Below are positions 54,373 to 64,000 of a stretch of 64,000 nt of DNA, in pieces. The stretch's first letter is position 1; each line of letters opens with the position of its first letter. A program made the translations under genes and the position numbers. Under the pieces are notes generated by a model, which worked only from the letters and a program-made list of their open reading frames with translations, was not told the DNA's origin and made no database searches. Source of the DNA: Euryarchaeota archaeon UBA257 (GTDB lineage: Archaea > Thermoplasmatota > Poseidoniia > Poseidoniales > Thalassarchaeaceae); the NCBI GenBank assembly GCA_002498985.1, contig DAJO01000030.1, positions 14,586 through 78,585 on the forward strand. The letters run 5' to 3'.

Positions 54373-55137
54373 TTAATCCTCAGAACCTTCTTCCAACCAA
54401 TCATAGCCTCTCTCTTCAAGTTCTAATGCCAATTCAGGTCCTCCAGTTTTTACAATCTTACCCGAAATAAGAACATGTATCTTATCAGGTTTTACATGTT
54501 CAAGAATTCTAGAGTAATGAGTAATAATCAATGCCCCTGACTCTGTACCTCTAATAGCGGCATTAATTCCCTTAGCAACTGTTCTGATACCGTCAATATC
54601 TAATCCTGAATCAGTTTCGTCTAGGATTGCTAATTTTGGTTTCATTAGCATAAGCTGTAATATCTCGAATCTCTTTTTTTCTCCTCCACTAAATCCATCA
54701 TTGACATATCTCCCAAGGAATGAAGAAGGAATATCTAATTCTTTCATAGATTCTTTTAATTTATTTCTAAATTCTTTTCCTTTAGCCGCTTCTTCACCTA
54801 GAATCGCCGCAACTGATTTTCTTAGGAAGTTTCCAACTTGTAGCCCCGGAACTGATTGTGGGTATTGGAATGATAAAAATACTCCTTCCCTAGCTCTTTC
54901 CCATGTTTCCATTTCTAGTAGATTTTCGCCATTCAGTTCGACTGTACCACTTTCAACTTCATAGTCTGGATGCCCCATTATGATATTTGCAGTAGTAGTT
55001 TTACCACTTCCATTTCTTCCCATTATTGCATGAATTTCTCCAGGTTTTATTTCTAAATTAATACCCTTTAAGATGGATGTATCATCAATACATGCATACA
55101 AATCTTGGATTTTTAGTAGTTGTGAATCGTTAGACAT
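54373..55137 (-). CDS. sufC: Fe-S cluster assembly ATPase SufC
   Basis: Walker [10 protein letters not shown], signature [14 protein letters not shown], Walker [13 protein letters not shown]. Confidence 0.95.
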   Translation of the reverse strand: MSNDSQLLKIQDLYACIDDTSILKGINLEIKPGEIHAIMGRNGSGKTTTANIIMGHPDYEVESGTVELNGENLLEMETWERAREGVFLSFQYPQSVPGLQVGNFLRKSVAAILGEEAAKGKEFRNKLKESMKELDIPSSFLGRYVNDGFSGGEKKRFEILQLMLMKPKLAILDETDSGLDIDGIRTVAKGINAAIRGTESGALIITHYSRILEHVKPDKIHVLISGKIVKTGGPELALELEERGYDWLEEGSED

Positions 55138-55264
55138 GTTAACTCCCTAACCTTTCGTGTATGCCACCCCTTTTGAATAAATGCTTATTTGCTTGATAAA
55201 ATATTCATCAGAACATAGTTCTTATTGGTCACCCTAAAGTGAAATAACATACTCGCGATAACTG

Positions 55265-55762
55265 ATGAGCAACCACCCGGATAACAAATTACCCGTCACG
55301 GAAGACTTATCTGAATCATATAGAAAACAGATTGAAGATGTCATTAAAGAAGAAGCAATGCGTCGTATCTCTGAGTCTCAAAACCCTGAAGAATTAGAAA
55401 GATTAAGTACATTATCTTTAGTTAAGTTATTTGAATCGAATGATTCCGATTTAATTCCAGCTTTAATGTCTAGGTTAGGAGTAGTTAGAGCCGCTTTGGA
55501 TGGTCATGGAGGCGGCCTGTTAGTAAGTTCGGCAGAAATTGAGACGAATAATATTGGCGAGAGGGTGTTATCTTTAATTCTAGATTTGGATGGAGCTTGC
55601 GTTTCGTGTGGTGCTGCTCCAGGGACGCTGAAGGGAATTCAGGATGATCTATTGATGGATAAAGAAATAGTTTCTGTTCGATTTACGGTTTCGATGCTAG
55701 AATGGTTCGATGAGATTCAAAAAGAGTTTGTACTGAAATTTGGAGGAGTAGTTTTCGTTTAG
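55265..55762 (+). CDS. NifU/Nfu-like Fe-S scaffold domain protein
   Basis: The C-terminal half has GHGGGLLV...LDLDGACVSCGAAPGTLKGIQDDL, the Nfu CxxC pattern. The N-terminal roughly 70 aa are unassigned. Divergent from sufC. Confidence 0.75.
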   Translation: MSNHPDNKLPVTEDLSESYRKQIEDVIKEEAMRRISESQNPEELERLSTLSLVKLFESNDSDLIPALMSRLGVVRAALDGHGGGLLVSSAEIETNNIGERVLSLILDLDGACVSCGAAPGTLKGIQDDLLMDKEIVSVRFTVSMLEWFDEIQKEFVLKFGGVVFV

Positions 55763-56385
55763 ATTATCGCTTCAAACTCGTCAATTGCTTGCTTTGAGAA
55801 ACCTAGAACCGTTACTACGTCTCCTTCAATTATTTTTGTATATTGACCGGCCTCTCCGGCAAAATCGTAACCTCCTGCCTTCCCCACCCATGAATTATTT
55901 TCAACCAAAGAAATCAAATTTCCTTCACTCAGATCGTCAAATTCTACTACTGCATAATCGGTCCAAATTTTATATCTCCATTTAGAATATAGTTTTTGGT
56001 ATTGATTATTATTACGAGTCAATATAGCTGTAGAAGACCAAACTCTGTGTCTTTTCCCTGAAAGTCTCAGTAACATACTTGCTGCTTCCATTTTATCTTT
56101 GGGTTTTCCCAACGCTATTTCCTCTCCTGGGGCTTCTACTAAAGTATCTGAGACAATTATTAGGTCAGGGGAATTGATTGCCTCTGAATCTCTTAAACTC
56201 CACTCTAATGCTGCTGATTCAGCTTTTGTAAAACAAATATCTAACGATTGTTGTTCGACATTCACCTCATTTTCTATATTTTTTTCTTTACTTAAAAGAG
56301 GCATACAAATTAGTTCAATGCTTTCATAACGGCCATTTAACCAATCGAATCTCCTCTCCGAAGCGGATGCAAGCAAGACTCGCAC
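55759..56385 (-). CDS. maf: Maf-like nucleoside triphosphate pyrophosphatase
   Basis: VLLASASERRFDWL (LASxSxRR) and GKAGGYDFAGEAGQYTKIIEGDVVTVLGFS match Maf N- and C-terminal blocks. Confidence 0.85.
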   Translation of the reverse strand: MRVLLASASERRFDWLNGRYESIELICMPLLSKEKNIENEVNVEQQSLDICFTKAESAALEWSLRDSEAINSPDLIIVSDTLVEAPGEEIALGKPKDKMEAASMLLRLSGKRHRVWSSTAILTRNNNQYQKLYSKWRYKIWTDYAVVEFDDLSEGNLISLVENNSWVGKAGGYDFAGEAGQYTKIIEGDVVTVLGFSKQAIDEFEAII

Positions 56386-56393
56386 TATCTCAC

Positions 56394-59300
56394 CTACAAT
56401 GAAATTCTATTATCGCAAATAGGACATTTAATCATTTTAAGTCCCATTGATACTTCAAATCTTGATGAACACTCAGGACATAAAATTGGTCTATTAATTT
56501 GTGGTATTTCTGCCACTCCTAGAGGTGGTAAGGGTATTTTTTGTAGAGGTTCTACTAATTCTTGTTTACTCTCTTGTAATTGCATTTGTGTATTCCAAGC
56601 ATTAGTATTTTTTCGACTATCTCTTCTTTGTTTTCGAGCATTAGTTTCCTCAATTTCCTCATCTATCAATTCAATTTCTGAAGACTTAATTTCTATGTCT
56701 GTCGATTCTACTATATCGACTACATTTTCTTCTAAGACTATATTCCCGGTAGCAACTCTTGTTCTTTTTCTACCTAACCATTTTACTGCACTTAGCGACA
56801 TTGTAGAGAGCAACAATAAACATATTAGCAGGACAGTTATTGAGATTCCTGCCATCAATATTCCAAAATTTTGTTCATCGAGTCCTAGATATATTCTCAT
56901 ATCATCAAGTAAATTCAAATCGCCTCTATCTGGATCACTATCATCTATTAAAGATCTTATTTCCCATCCATATATCTCATTCCAACTTAGAATTATTGAT
57001 TGGTCACTCAAAGGACTTCTATCTACTGATGAAAGGTGATTTTTCCCTGTTGTAATCCTATTTGATAGTCCAATCCATTCTTCCTCATGAATTGGATTCA
57101 TCAGACCATATTGTATCTGACTGCCAGTAGGTCCAACAAAGTCATAAAAAATCTGTATCCCTAAGTGAGTTTCAGTCATTTGAATATTCTCGATTCCTTT
57201 AGATGGTATCTCTACACTTAGATTTTCTAAAGCTGTCATGGTTGAATCAGTAACTTTTGAAACTAATTTCGATTCTGCATCTGAGCCTTCTTTCCAAACT
57301 GAATAGATATAATCACTTCCTTCATGTGTTATTACAGACATCTTTTGCATACCTGCTTCATCTCCAACAGCCTTCCTGTAGGTCCAAGAAGTTTGGTCAC
57401 TGGAACCATGTGCATACCACAATCCGATTCTCTCATCACCAGTAATATCATCTCTATTTGATTGGTATAGTATGTGAGTGTATTCTTCTCCAAATTCTAC
57501 AGCTACTGGGTCGGAATCATACATACTAAGTTCAATTTCATCAATTACATTTGGCGTGAGTTTCCAGTCATCGAATGAGGTTGGATAATCTGATTTTAGT
57601 AAGAATACACTCGTTAGGTCCTTGAAAGTCCCTCCTGTTGAAATATCTCTATGATATCCTCCAATAATTATGTCAGTGCCTCTTACATCCATATCGATAC
57701 CAAAATATTTCCCCTCTGATAACGATATAGGTTGAATTAAGTCTTGAACAGGGCTCATTTCACAAGAAGCATCAATTCTTGAGTAACTAATAGTTTGTTT
57801 GAAATAACCTAGATTGTCAATATATCTCCTAGTCCAAGAAATATGAGCGTATCCATCACTGGTACTCCAAGATGTCAAATCTCCTGACCACTTTGTTTCA
57901 AGAACATTAGAACAAGGAACTAGTGCAAGATTCTCATTTAATCGATATAGAGCTAATCCTCCTTCTTTACTTGTTATAACTAAACCTTCTCCATTCAGAT
58001 CTATCACTTTCACTGGTTCTTCTCCATAATCAAATGCCAAATTACGAGGAGCTTTCAATGATGACTGGTCCACAAGAATTGTGGAAATGATCTCATTATT
58101 ACTCATATCTAAATCACTTTCTCCCTGAACTGTAATTTTGATCTCTAGAGGCCCTACTTCTTGAGCAATGTAGGCAAATGCAATTTGACTAGCGCCCTGT
58201 CCTACAACAAGCGAGATAGTGGTCGTTCCTTCTTTCATCCAACCTAAATCACTTTTCAGCCAAAGTGTCGCATCCACAGAAATTGCATTAGTTGAACCTA
58301 AGTTATCGACTCTACCAGTGATCAAGAATTGTTCCTGAGGCCTTGGAATAGAAGGCTCTGTCTTCACCGCTCCATCTCTGAATGCTAAATCAATACCTTG
58401 AGGTCTTTGCAAAACTGGGAACGTAATTGATATGTCGTTATCGGATTCATTATTTTCTTGTATATCATCTAGAGGGTCTAAAGAAACAGTTAATTGTTTA
58501 TTACCTACAGTAGATGGATTCCATGAAAGTGAAATTTCAATTATGTCTCCACTTTCTACACTCTGTATGATTATCTCATCTTTCCTGTAACCGTCTTCCA
58601 AAAGATAAATTGTTAACTCATCTGCTGAAATATCACCTATATTTCTTATCTGAACTTTTGCTTCTAAAAATGTATTTACATATGTCTCACTAACTGGTAT
58701 GCCATATTCTTGAACTGAGATTCCAGTTCTAAACATCAAGTCGGGTGATGGGGGTTTATTGTCAATTTCTACAGTAATACGAATCTCTTCAGAAGCAACA
58801 CCAACTCCACTAACAAACCTGACAGAGAACCTTTGTATTCCATCATCTGTATCTTCAGAATCCCAAGGAATAGACCATTCTATTTCTTCTGCTCCTGAGC
58901 CTGAATAGTAAGTCATATTTTTCCATTCATCAGTCCCTAGTCTCCACTGTAGTTGAGCCCCATTCACTGTTTCCAATAATCCGCTAATTTCAACATTTCC
59001 GCTTACAATATCCTGATTATTCGGCGAATTTACTTCAAGAGATATTATCCCTAAATTGTGAGTATTTTTTGTTGTATTACTCCATTGTTCAAACTCATTT
59101 CTAGATTTAACCTCGATTTGGAGAGTTTCTGCATCTACATCGACATCTTCTTCAAAATTCGGAATATCAAAATTTGTGGTCCAATTAATTGTTCCAAGTG
59201 CCTGGTGCCAATCAACTAGTACACCAGTTGAAAGAGGTCCTCCTCCCGTAGGTCTATACTTGTAGGTGACCCGAACTTGAACTTCTTCAGTAGTTCCATT

Positions 59301-61217
59301 CTCTTCCCCAGCATCATTAATATGTCCTCTGACACTATAACTTTCACCTTCTATTAACCACAAGCCACTCGGTTTTTCAATAACTGCCCAATTCCCTGTT
59401 CCTTCACCAACTGGAGGGTCTCCTCCTCCAGTTCCATTACCGGGATCTCCTCCTCCACCAGTATCATCTCCTAACATAGCCTGAAGGATTAGATTTCCAT
59501 CAATAATTCCAAATCCATAATCCTCATTCCATATGTCTGAAACTGATGGCATTGAGGCAGGCCCTCTAACCTCCGAATTATTTCTCAATAAATCCTTAAC
59601 TTCTTGAGGTTCTAATTCATCATCTATTTGTAAAATGATTGCAACTAATCCTGCTACGGCAGGTGTCGACATACTGGTGCCATCCATAGAGACATAACCA
59701 TCATCGGCTAGAGAAGTAGAGTCTTGCCCTGGAATTGTAGAACTTGACGTAGCATGTTGCGCTGATGTAATACCTGAGCCTGGAGCTACTACGTCAGGTT
59801 TCAATTCATCCCATTTATTTTCATCATTATCATCGACCCTAGGTCCCGAGTTTGAATAATCTGCTATGTCATCGTCATTTCTTTGGATTGTATTTTTGTC
59901 ATCTATTGCTCCAACAGTAATGGAAGAATCTGCTGCACCTACTGAAGTTACTCTATTGCTACCATCATTCCCTATTGCAGCAATAGGTACAATTCCTGCT
60001 TCTGCACAATTATTAACAAGCCTGGCTGCAGAATTATTCCCGTCGTCTCCTTGATCATTTTCACCAACTGGTGAACTTCCACTACCGAATGACATCGTCA
60101 TTACGTCGATACCTTCACTTGAATCATTATTTCCCCAATCAGTATTTACATTTTGTAAGACCCATTGTAATCCTTTGATAATAGGCCCCTCATCTCCACC
60201 TGCACTTCCTCCAGAATCTGTCATTACTTTCACATCAACAAGGTAGGATCCAGGTGCATAGCCTTGGTTAACCCTTCTTGAATCTCCAGTTCCTAAAGCA
60301 ATACCTGCAACATGTGTTCCATGACCATGTCCATCATCTGGATCAAACTCACCATCGTTACATTCTTGAGAGTTCCAAGATGTTGCATCACAACCCGCTA
60401 ACCATTTGGGATCCGAGAGATCATCGGGTTGTTTTTCATTATCATTATTGTTATCTGAGAAATCATCTAAAGAAAAATGCTCATTATCTACTCCTGAGTC
60501 CAATACTGCGATAACAACTCCCGAACCATCATATCCAAAATCTCTCAAGGTCTCATCATAAACATCAGATGTTTGAACCTTAGATCCTCTTGTAGCTACG
60601 CTCAGATATGAAACAATCTTATCTTGTTCTTCTATCATAACTACTCCCTCTTGCTGCCAAATTTCTATCAATGAACTGACTGGGACATGATCTATGACTA
60701 TTGAATCAATATAATCTACAGGGAAAAACCAAGAACCTTCTTCTTCCCATCCATGTCTAGTTAAAATTTCTTTCAATTTTTGTAGATCGGTCTCTCCGGG
60801 GTGCCATGAGAACCCTACAATTATCGCAGTAGTCATACGTCCATCATCTCCTAGAATTGCTGTCGCAGAATGAGATTCTTTTTGCCCCGCAATCATATAT
60901 TGTAGACTATCTTCCATTCCATTGGAATCTTTATCTGTGTTGAAGTTCATCCACCAGTACGGTTCCTCAACTGCAGGACTTGCATCCCATGGAGGGAACC
61001 CTATTCCAAGAAATTTTTCTGGACATGCCTCTTCACCACAAATTAGTAGTGGTATTTCATCATCTAGCGCCTGTAACAAATCTTCATTTTCTTCGTTAAG
61101 GTGTTGATTAGAGTCATCTTCTGATGGTACAATTGCAGAAACTCCCACTGATAAATCTAGTACCAACATCAACATTACAACTAACATAGGTCCAACTGTT
61201 TTCGATGCTCCTGCCAT
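56394..61217 (-). CDS. Giant type I membrane-anchored subtilisin-like (S8) serine protease with CARDB/Ig-like and Asp-box-like domains and a cytoplasmic C-terminal zinc ribbon
   Basis: Signal peptide. Catalytic triad motifs VIAVLDSGVD (Asp codon 60498-60500), HGHGTHVAG (His codon 60321-60323) and GTSMSTPAVAG (Ser codon 59673-59675). Gly-rich linker. CARDB-like repeats (IRNIGDISA, VDNLGSTNA). TM helix at about nt 56790-56870. Tail of about 130 aa ending CPECSSRFEVSMGLKMIKCPICDNRISL. Confidence 0.85.
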   Translation of the reverse strand: MAGASKTVGPMLVVMLMLVLDLSVGVSAIVPSEDDSNQHLNEENEDLLQALDDEIPLLICGEEACPEKFLGIGFPPWDASPAVEEPYWWMNFNTDKDSNGMEDSLQYMIAGQKESHSATAILGDDGRMTTAIIVGFSWHPGETDLQKLKEILTRHGWEEEGSWFFPVDYIDSIVIDHVPVSSLIEIWQQEGVVMIEEQDKIVSYLSVATRGSKVQTSDVYDETLRDFGYDGSGVVIAVLDSGVDNEHFSLDDFSDNNNDNEKQPDDLSDPKWLAGCDATSWNSQECNDGEFDPDDGHGHGTHVAGIALGTGDSRRVNQGYAPGSYLVDVKVMTDSGGSAGGDEGPIIKGLQWVLQNVNTDWGNNDSSEGIDVMTMSFGSGSSPVGENDQGDDGNNSAARLVNNCAEAGIVPIAAIGNDGSNRVTSVGAADSSITVGAIDDKNTIQRNDDDIADYSNSGPRVDDNDENKWDELKPDVVAPGSGITSAQHATSSSTIPGQDSTSLADDGYVSMDGTSMSTPAVAGLVAIILQIDDELEPQEVKDLLRNNSEVRGPASMPSVSDIWNEDYGFGIIDGNLILQAMLGDDTGGGGDPGNGTGGGDPPVGEGTGNWAVIEKPSGLWLIEGESYSVRGHINDAGEENGTTEEVQVRVTYKYRPTGGGPLSTGVLVDWHQALGTINWTTNFDIPNFEEDVDVDAETLQIEVKSRNEFEQWSNTTKNTHNLGIISLEVNSPNNQDIVSGNVEISGLLETVNGAQLQWRLGTDEWKNMTYYSGSGAEEIEWSIPWDSEDTDDGIQRFSVRFVSGVGVASEEIRITVEIDNKPPSPDLMFRTGISVQEYGIPVSETYVNTFLEAKVQIRNIGDISADELTIYLLEDGYRKDEIIIQSVESGDIIEISLSWNPSTVGNKQLTVSLDPLDDIQENNESDNDISITFPVLQRPQGIDLAFRDGAVKTEPSIPRPQEQFLITGRVDNLGSTNAISVDATLWLKSDLGWMKEGTTTISLVVGQGASQIAFAYIAQEVGPLEIKITVQGESDLDMSNNEIISTILVDQSSLKAPRNLAFDYGEEPVKVIDLNGEGLVITSKEGGLALYRLNENLALVPCSNVLETKWSGDLTSWSTSDGYAHISWTRRYIDNLGYFKQTISYSRIDASCEMSPVQDLIQPISLSEGKYFGIDMDVRGTDIIIGGYHRDISTGGTFKDLTSVFLLKSDYPTSFDDWKLTPNVIDEIELSMYDSDPVAVEFGEEYTHILYQSNRDDITGDERIGLWYAHGSSDQTSWTYRKAVGDEAGMQKMSVITHEGSDYIYSVWKEGSDAESKLVSKVTDSTMTALENLSVEIPSKGIENIQMTETHLGIQIFYDFVGPTGSQIQYGLMNPIHEEEWIGLSNRITTGKNHLSSVDRSPLSDQSIILSWNEIYGWEIRSLIDDSDPDRGDLNLLDDMRIYLGLDEQNFGILMAGISITVLLICLLLLSTMSLSAVKWLGRKRTRVATGNIVLEENVVDIVESTDIEIKSSEIELIDEEIEETNARKQRRDSRKNTNAWNTQMQLQESKQELVEPLQKIPLPPLGVAEIPQINRPILCPECSSRFEVSMGLKMIKCPICDNRISL

Positions 61218-61286
61218 GGCTCTCTTAGAGAGCCAGCATAGGTAGTGGTATAATTTGAACTGATAATTAATTCATTTTTTTCCGAA

Positions 61287-62354
61287 TTATGGCCAAAAAA
61301 GATGTTCTTTATTCAAGGAACAAATCAGACTGTAATTTTCATCTTTCTCGAATAACTTCACTTCCCCATCACATATTGGACAAATTGTATTCTCTGCTAG
61401 CTCTTCAAGCCATGCCTGTCTTGTTTCTAATTCATCTCCCTGCTCTTTAAGATTCTTCAAAATTCTTTTTGCATTTCCTTGAAGAGGCTTTCCTTCAATC
61501 TCCCAAGGATCTTCATTTAAGACTCCTAGATTTCTTTTTGCAATAATTCTCTTTGCTTCACCGATGTTTGCAGCATTGTTTTGAGTGCTTTCTGAATTAA
61601 GTGGACTTGGCCCTCCTCTCGCTATAACTCTCGCCAATAAAAATGCCATAAAAAATCCCCCTATATGAGCCATATGGGCAATATTGGTGTCCCCCGAGGT
61701 TCCCTCTTGTATTACATAAATTTGATAAATTTCTAATCCTAATCTCACAAATACAATTATCCATACTGGCCACGCTCTAATTAAGAATAATAGTGGGAAT
61801 TCTATTTCATCATTTGGCCAACATGCCATGTAAGCTCCCAATAATCCAAAAGCAGCACCGCTAGCACCTATAGCAGGATTTATTGAATCTGGATGTGTAG
61901 CAACCCAGGCTACATTCCCTCCTAAGAATCCTAGGGCGTAAACAAGCAGCCATCTTTTACTGCCTAACCTTTGTTCCAAGGGTACACCAACAAGTCCAAT
62001 GACAAGAATGTTCGATAGTACGTGAAGCCAATCTGCATGTAACCAAGCAGATGTTATAAAACGATGAATTTGTGTGGGGTCATCTGCCAAAACAGGGTAT
62101 AAAGAGAGAAAATGTATCTCATTGAAATCTAGTTCCAAGATAGTAAAGGTGAATCTAACAAACATTACTAGAAGCAGTGAGAGAACCATAGCCAATGCTA
62201 CACTTGTTTTTTCTCTTAATGAATTAACAAAAGGAATTATTGAAACTATAACATATATTGAAAGAAGTATGAAATCACTATTTTCTAATTGTGACCAGTA
62301 TAAATCATACTCCGCAGAGGTAATCACGAACTGTATCCGGCCGTATTGTAGCAA
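61287..62354 (-). CDS. Rhomboid-family intramembrane serine protease with a C-terminal cytoplasmic zinc-ribbon-like tail
   Basis: WLHADWLHVLSNIL (H..xxN), the catalytic GASGAAFGLLGA (GxSG) and AHIGGF (His) are rhomboid hallmarks. The tail ends CPICDGEVKLFEKDENYSLICSLNKEH. The start codon is uncertain (TTG at 62354 in the ORF track). Confidence 0.85.
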   Translation of the reverse strand: MLQYGRIQFVITSAEYDLYWSQLENSDFILLSIYVIVSIIPFVNSLREKTSVALAMVLSLLLVMFVRFTFTILELDFNEIHFLSLYPVLADDPTQIHRFITSAWLHADWLHVLSNILVIGLVGVPLEQRLGSKRWLLVYALGFLGGNVAWVATHPDSINPAIGASGAAFGLLGAYMACWPNDEIEFPLLFLIRAWPVWIIVFVRLGLEIYQIYVIQEGTSGDTNIAHMAHIGGFFMAFLLARVIARGGPSPLNSESTQNNAANIGEAKRIIAKRNLGVLNEDPWEIEGKPLQGNAKRILKNLKEQGDELETRQAWLEELAENTICPICDGEVKLFEKDENYSLICSLNKEHLFWP

Positions 62355-62389
62355 TAGCGCCTTCGATACTTTGTCGAACGACTCAAACG

Positions 62390-63823
62390 ATGAACCACCC
62401 TCGGAAGTGTATGGAAGTTCAGACCCTAATACGGATTTCGGGTCTTCAAATTCATAGAGGTAGCCGCCTTGTAATATCAGATTTTGATTTTGAATTATTG
62501 GAAGGAGAGGTGGTTACTTTAGTGGGTCCAAATGGTTGCGGTAAGACCACATTACTCGAATCTATTGCAGGTATGCATACAATTTCTTCTGGATCAGTCT
62601 ATTGGAAAGACGACTTATCGGAAATGAAATTAGTAAGAGATTCAGATGGTAGAAGAAATTCTTTACCTCCAATGGGTTTAACTCTACAAAAGAACGGAAT
62701 ATCAGGCGAGGAAACGGTTGAAGAAAGAATAAAAACAGTATTGACAGTTTCTGGTTGCGAATTCGATGATATCAAAGTCCTAGAATTACTTGATTGTTGG
62801 GGTCTTAAACATAGAATTTCAGATAGAGTTTCTCAATTGTCTGGAGGATTAGCTAGACGACTCTCGGTACTTTCAGGACTTGCACCTGCTTTGCTATCTA
62901 AAAAATCTCGAGTCGTACTACTAGACGAACCTTCAGAAGGACTAGATAAATCTGCCAAATTGCTATTGATTAATTGGCTGAAGGCTCTAATTTTAAGAGG
63001 TCATGGCATAGTTATAGCAACACATGATTCTGACTTAATTTCAATAGCAAATAGAACACTCACATTTACTGATAATAAAGAAATTAATCTTAGTTCCCAA
63101 TCGCAACCAGATTCAGATTTCATAATCCCTAATTCTACAAATAATGTTCCAATAAAAAAAGTCTCCAGTCTATTCAATTGGGCTTACAGGATGGAAAAAA
63201 GAAATCCAATCGATACAATCAATCGTCTAATCCCTGCAATTCTTGCACTATTGCTGTCCCATGCTTTGGTATCCCAGGAAGAAATATCCCTCGTAGGAAC
63301 TGACTTTCTATCCGCCTTAATATTACTTCCCTCCTTTATCTCTGTAGTAATCCCTCCTGCTTTGATTAGCAGATATGCAGAAGAAAATTGTGGTCGATGG
63401 TGGTCAGCAGTAATAGGGCCCAAATTCCGTCTTTCATCATCTATTATTGGTTCCTCGATTTTACTTCCAATACCATTAATTTATGTTTCATGGTTTATTC
63501 TTTCCGATAATTTATTCATTCCTAATGATTCTGTAGTCTATTGGTTATGGTTACCTTGCTTAGTAATGTATTTTGTTGCAATTGCAGCCTCATCACTGCA
63601 TTTGTTGGTTTCAGATTTGAGAAGATCAGGAGCCTCTGTTGTGGCTCTTCTCTTGTTAGTTCTAGTTTGGCCATTTATTGAGCTGGTGGATTCTCTAGAA
63701 ATGATTTTTCTCAATGGTATGAGTTGGGGATTTTCATTAGAAGAACCAATTTTTATGATGTTTCTGGCGGGTATAATTAGTTTATTGGTGTGGATGGTTT
63801 CTGTTTATCTTCCGGAAGCATAA
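62390..63823 (+). CDS. ABC transporter with fused ATPase and permease domains (possibly a CcmA-CcmB-like heme exporter)
   Basis: Walker A GPNGCGKTT, signature LSGGLARRL, Walker B VVLLDEPSEGLD, then about 220 aa with about 6 hydrophobic helices. ATG 62411 (MEVQTLIRISGL) is an alternative start. The Ccm assignment rests only on the CcmC-like neighbour. Confidence 0.75.
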   Translation: MNHPRKCMEVQTLIRISGLQIHRGSRLVISDFDFELLEGEVVTLVGPNGCGKTTLLESIAGMHTISSGSVYWKDDLSEMKLVRDSDGRRNSLPPMGLTLQKNGISGEETVEERIKTVLTVSGCEFDDIKVLELLDCWGLKHRISDRVSQLSGGLARRLSVLSGLAPALLSKKSRVVLLDEPSEGLDKSAKLLLINWLKALILRGHGIVIATHDSDLISIANRTLTFTDNKEINLSSQSQPDSDFIIPNSTNNVPIKKVSSLFNWAYRMEKRNPIDTINRLIPAILALLLSHALVSQEEISLVGTDFLSALILLPSFISVVIPPALISRYAEENCGRWWSAVIGPKFRLSSSIIGSSILLPIPLIYVSWFILSDNLFIPNDSVVYWLWLPCLVMYFVAIAASSLHLLVSDLRRSGASVVALLLLVLVWPFIELVDSLEMIFLNGMSWGFSLEEPIFMMFLAGIISLLVWMVSVYLPEA

Positions 63824-63870
63824 AAACGAGCATTCATCATATAGTGACCTCTCCCAAGTTTGTGCCTTCA

Positions 63871-64000
63871 ATGAAATATTATGGTTGGGGTTTGACATGC
63901 ATAGGTGGAGCAGGCGTTTTACTAACTGCAATTATGGGTTACACATATGCGCCCTTAGTACAATCTCCGCCATTTAGATCTCCAGAAGCCTATCGAATAT
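63871..64000 (+). CDS. N-terminal fragment of a membrane protein, possibly heme exporter CcmC (runs off the right edge)
   Basis: Hand translation gives MKYYGWGLTCIGGAGVLLTAIMGYTYAPLVQSPPFRSPEAYRI... A TM helix followed by (F/Y)AP.......YRI resembles the CcmC N-terminus (E. coli FAPADYQQGNSYRIIYLHVP). Only 43 aa are visible. Confidence 0.4.
   Translation, partial: MKYYGWGLTCIGGAGVLLTAIMGYTYAPLVQSPPFRSPEAYRI

Noticed and set aside
62074-62457. 127-aa plus-strand ORF bridging the rhomboid 5' end and the ABC transporter start.
   Set aside because: Most of it is antisense to the rhomboid membrane core. It is out of frame with the ABC gene and has no motifs.

Overview
This is a gene-dense, AT-rich archaeal chromosomal segment. 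By my own tally of the calls below, only about 2.1 kb of 64 kb is non-coding. The backbone is clearly archaeal: a complete A-type ATP synthase operon (H fragment, then I-K-E-C-F-A-B-D), eIF2-gamma, ribosomal proteins S6e and L10e, Orc1/Cdc6, Dph2, archaeal-type Hpt and SMC-ScpA-ScpB. It also carries bacterial-type modules: MutS-MutL, GyrB-GyrA and a class II HMG-CoA reductase. There are very large membrane-anchored extracellular proteases and frequent GGAGGTGA-type Shine-Dalgarno sites. This mix fits a Thermoplasmatota-like marine planktonic archaeon (Marine Group II/Poseidoniales-like), but that placement is inferred from gene content, not from a search. Other housekeeping genes are panE, nadB, aroA, aroD, sufCBD plus an Nfu-like gene, maf, a tmk fusion, one tRNA-Ser(GCT) and a possible CcmAB/CcmC heme exporter at the right edge. 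I saw no CRISPR array, transposase, integrase or prophage signal. The most interesting locus is the largest non-coding gap (20583-20929). It holds an ordered, phased array of GCGTTAA repeats and palindromes around an almost pure A/T core. It lies directly upstream of a highly divergent Orc1/Cdc6-like gene with degenerate Walker A and B motifs, a roughly 330-aa acidic linker and a C-terminal wHTH, and about 2.5 kb from the canonical orc1/cdc6. I read this as a candidate lineage-specific replication origin and initiator module; an autoregulatory operator array is the alternative. Other items worth a second look are an M50 site-2-protease homolog lacking HExxH, tightly linked to the ATPase operon; a rhomboid plus giant S8 subtilase pair that both end in cytoplasmic CPxC zinc ribbons; a divergent surface-enzyme cluster (HEFQH metalloprotease with PKD repeats, membrane-anchored glutaminyl cyclase); a Tmk fused to an unknown domain; and an unlisted 45-aa Cys-rich ORF after sufD. 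All functional calls come from motif recognition by eye, with no database search.
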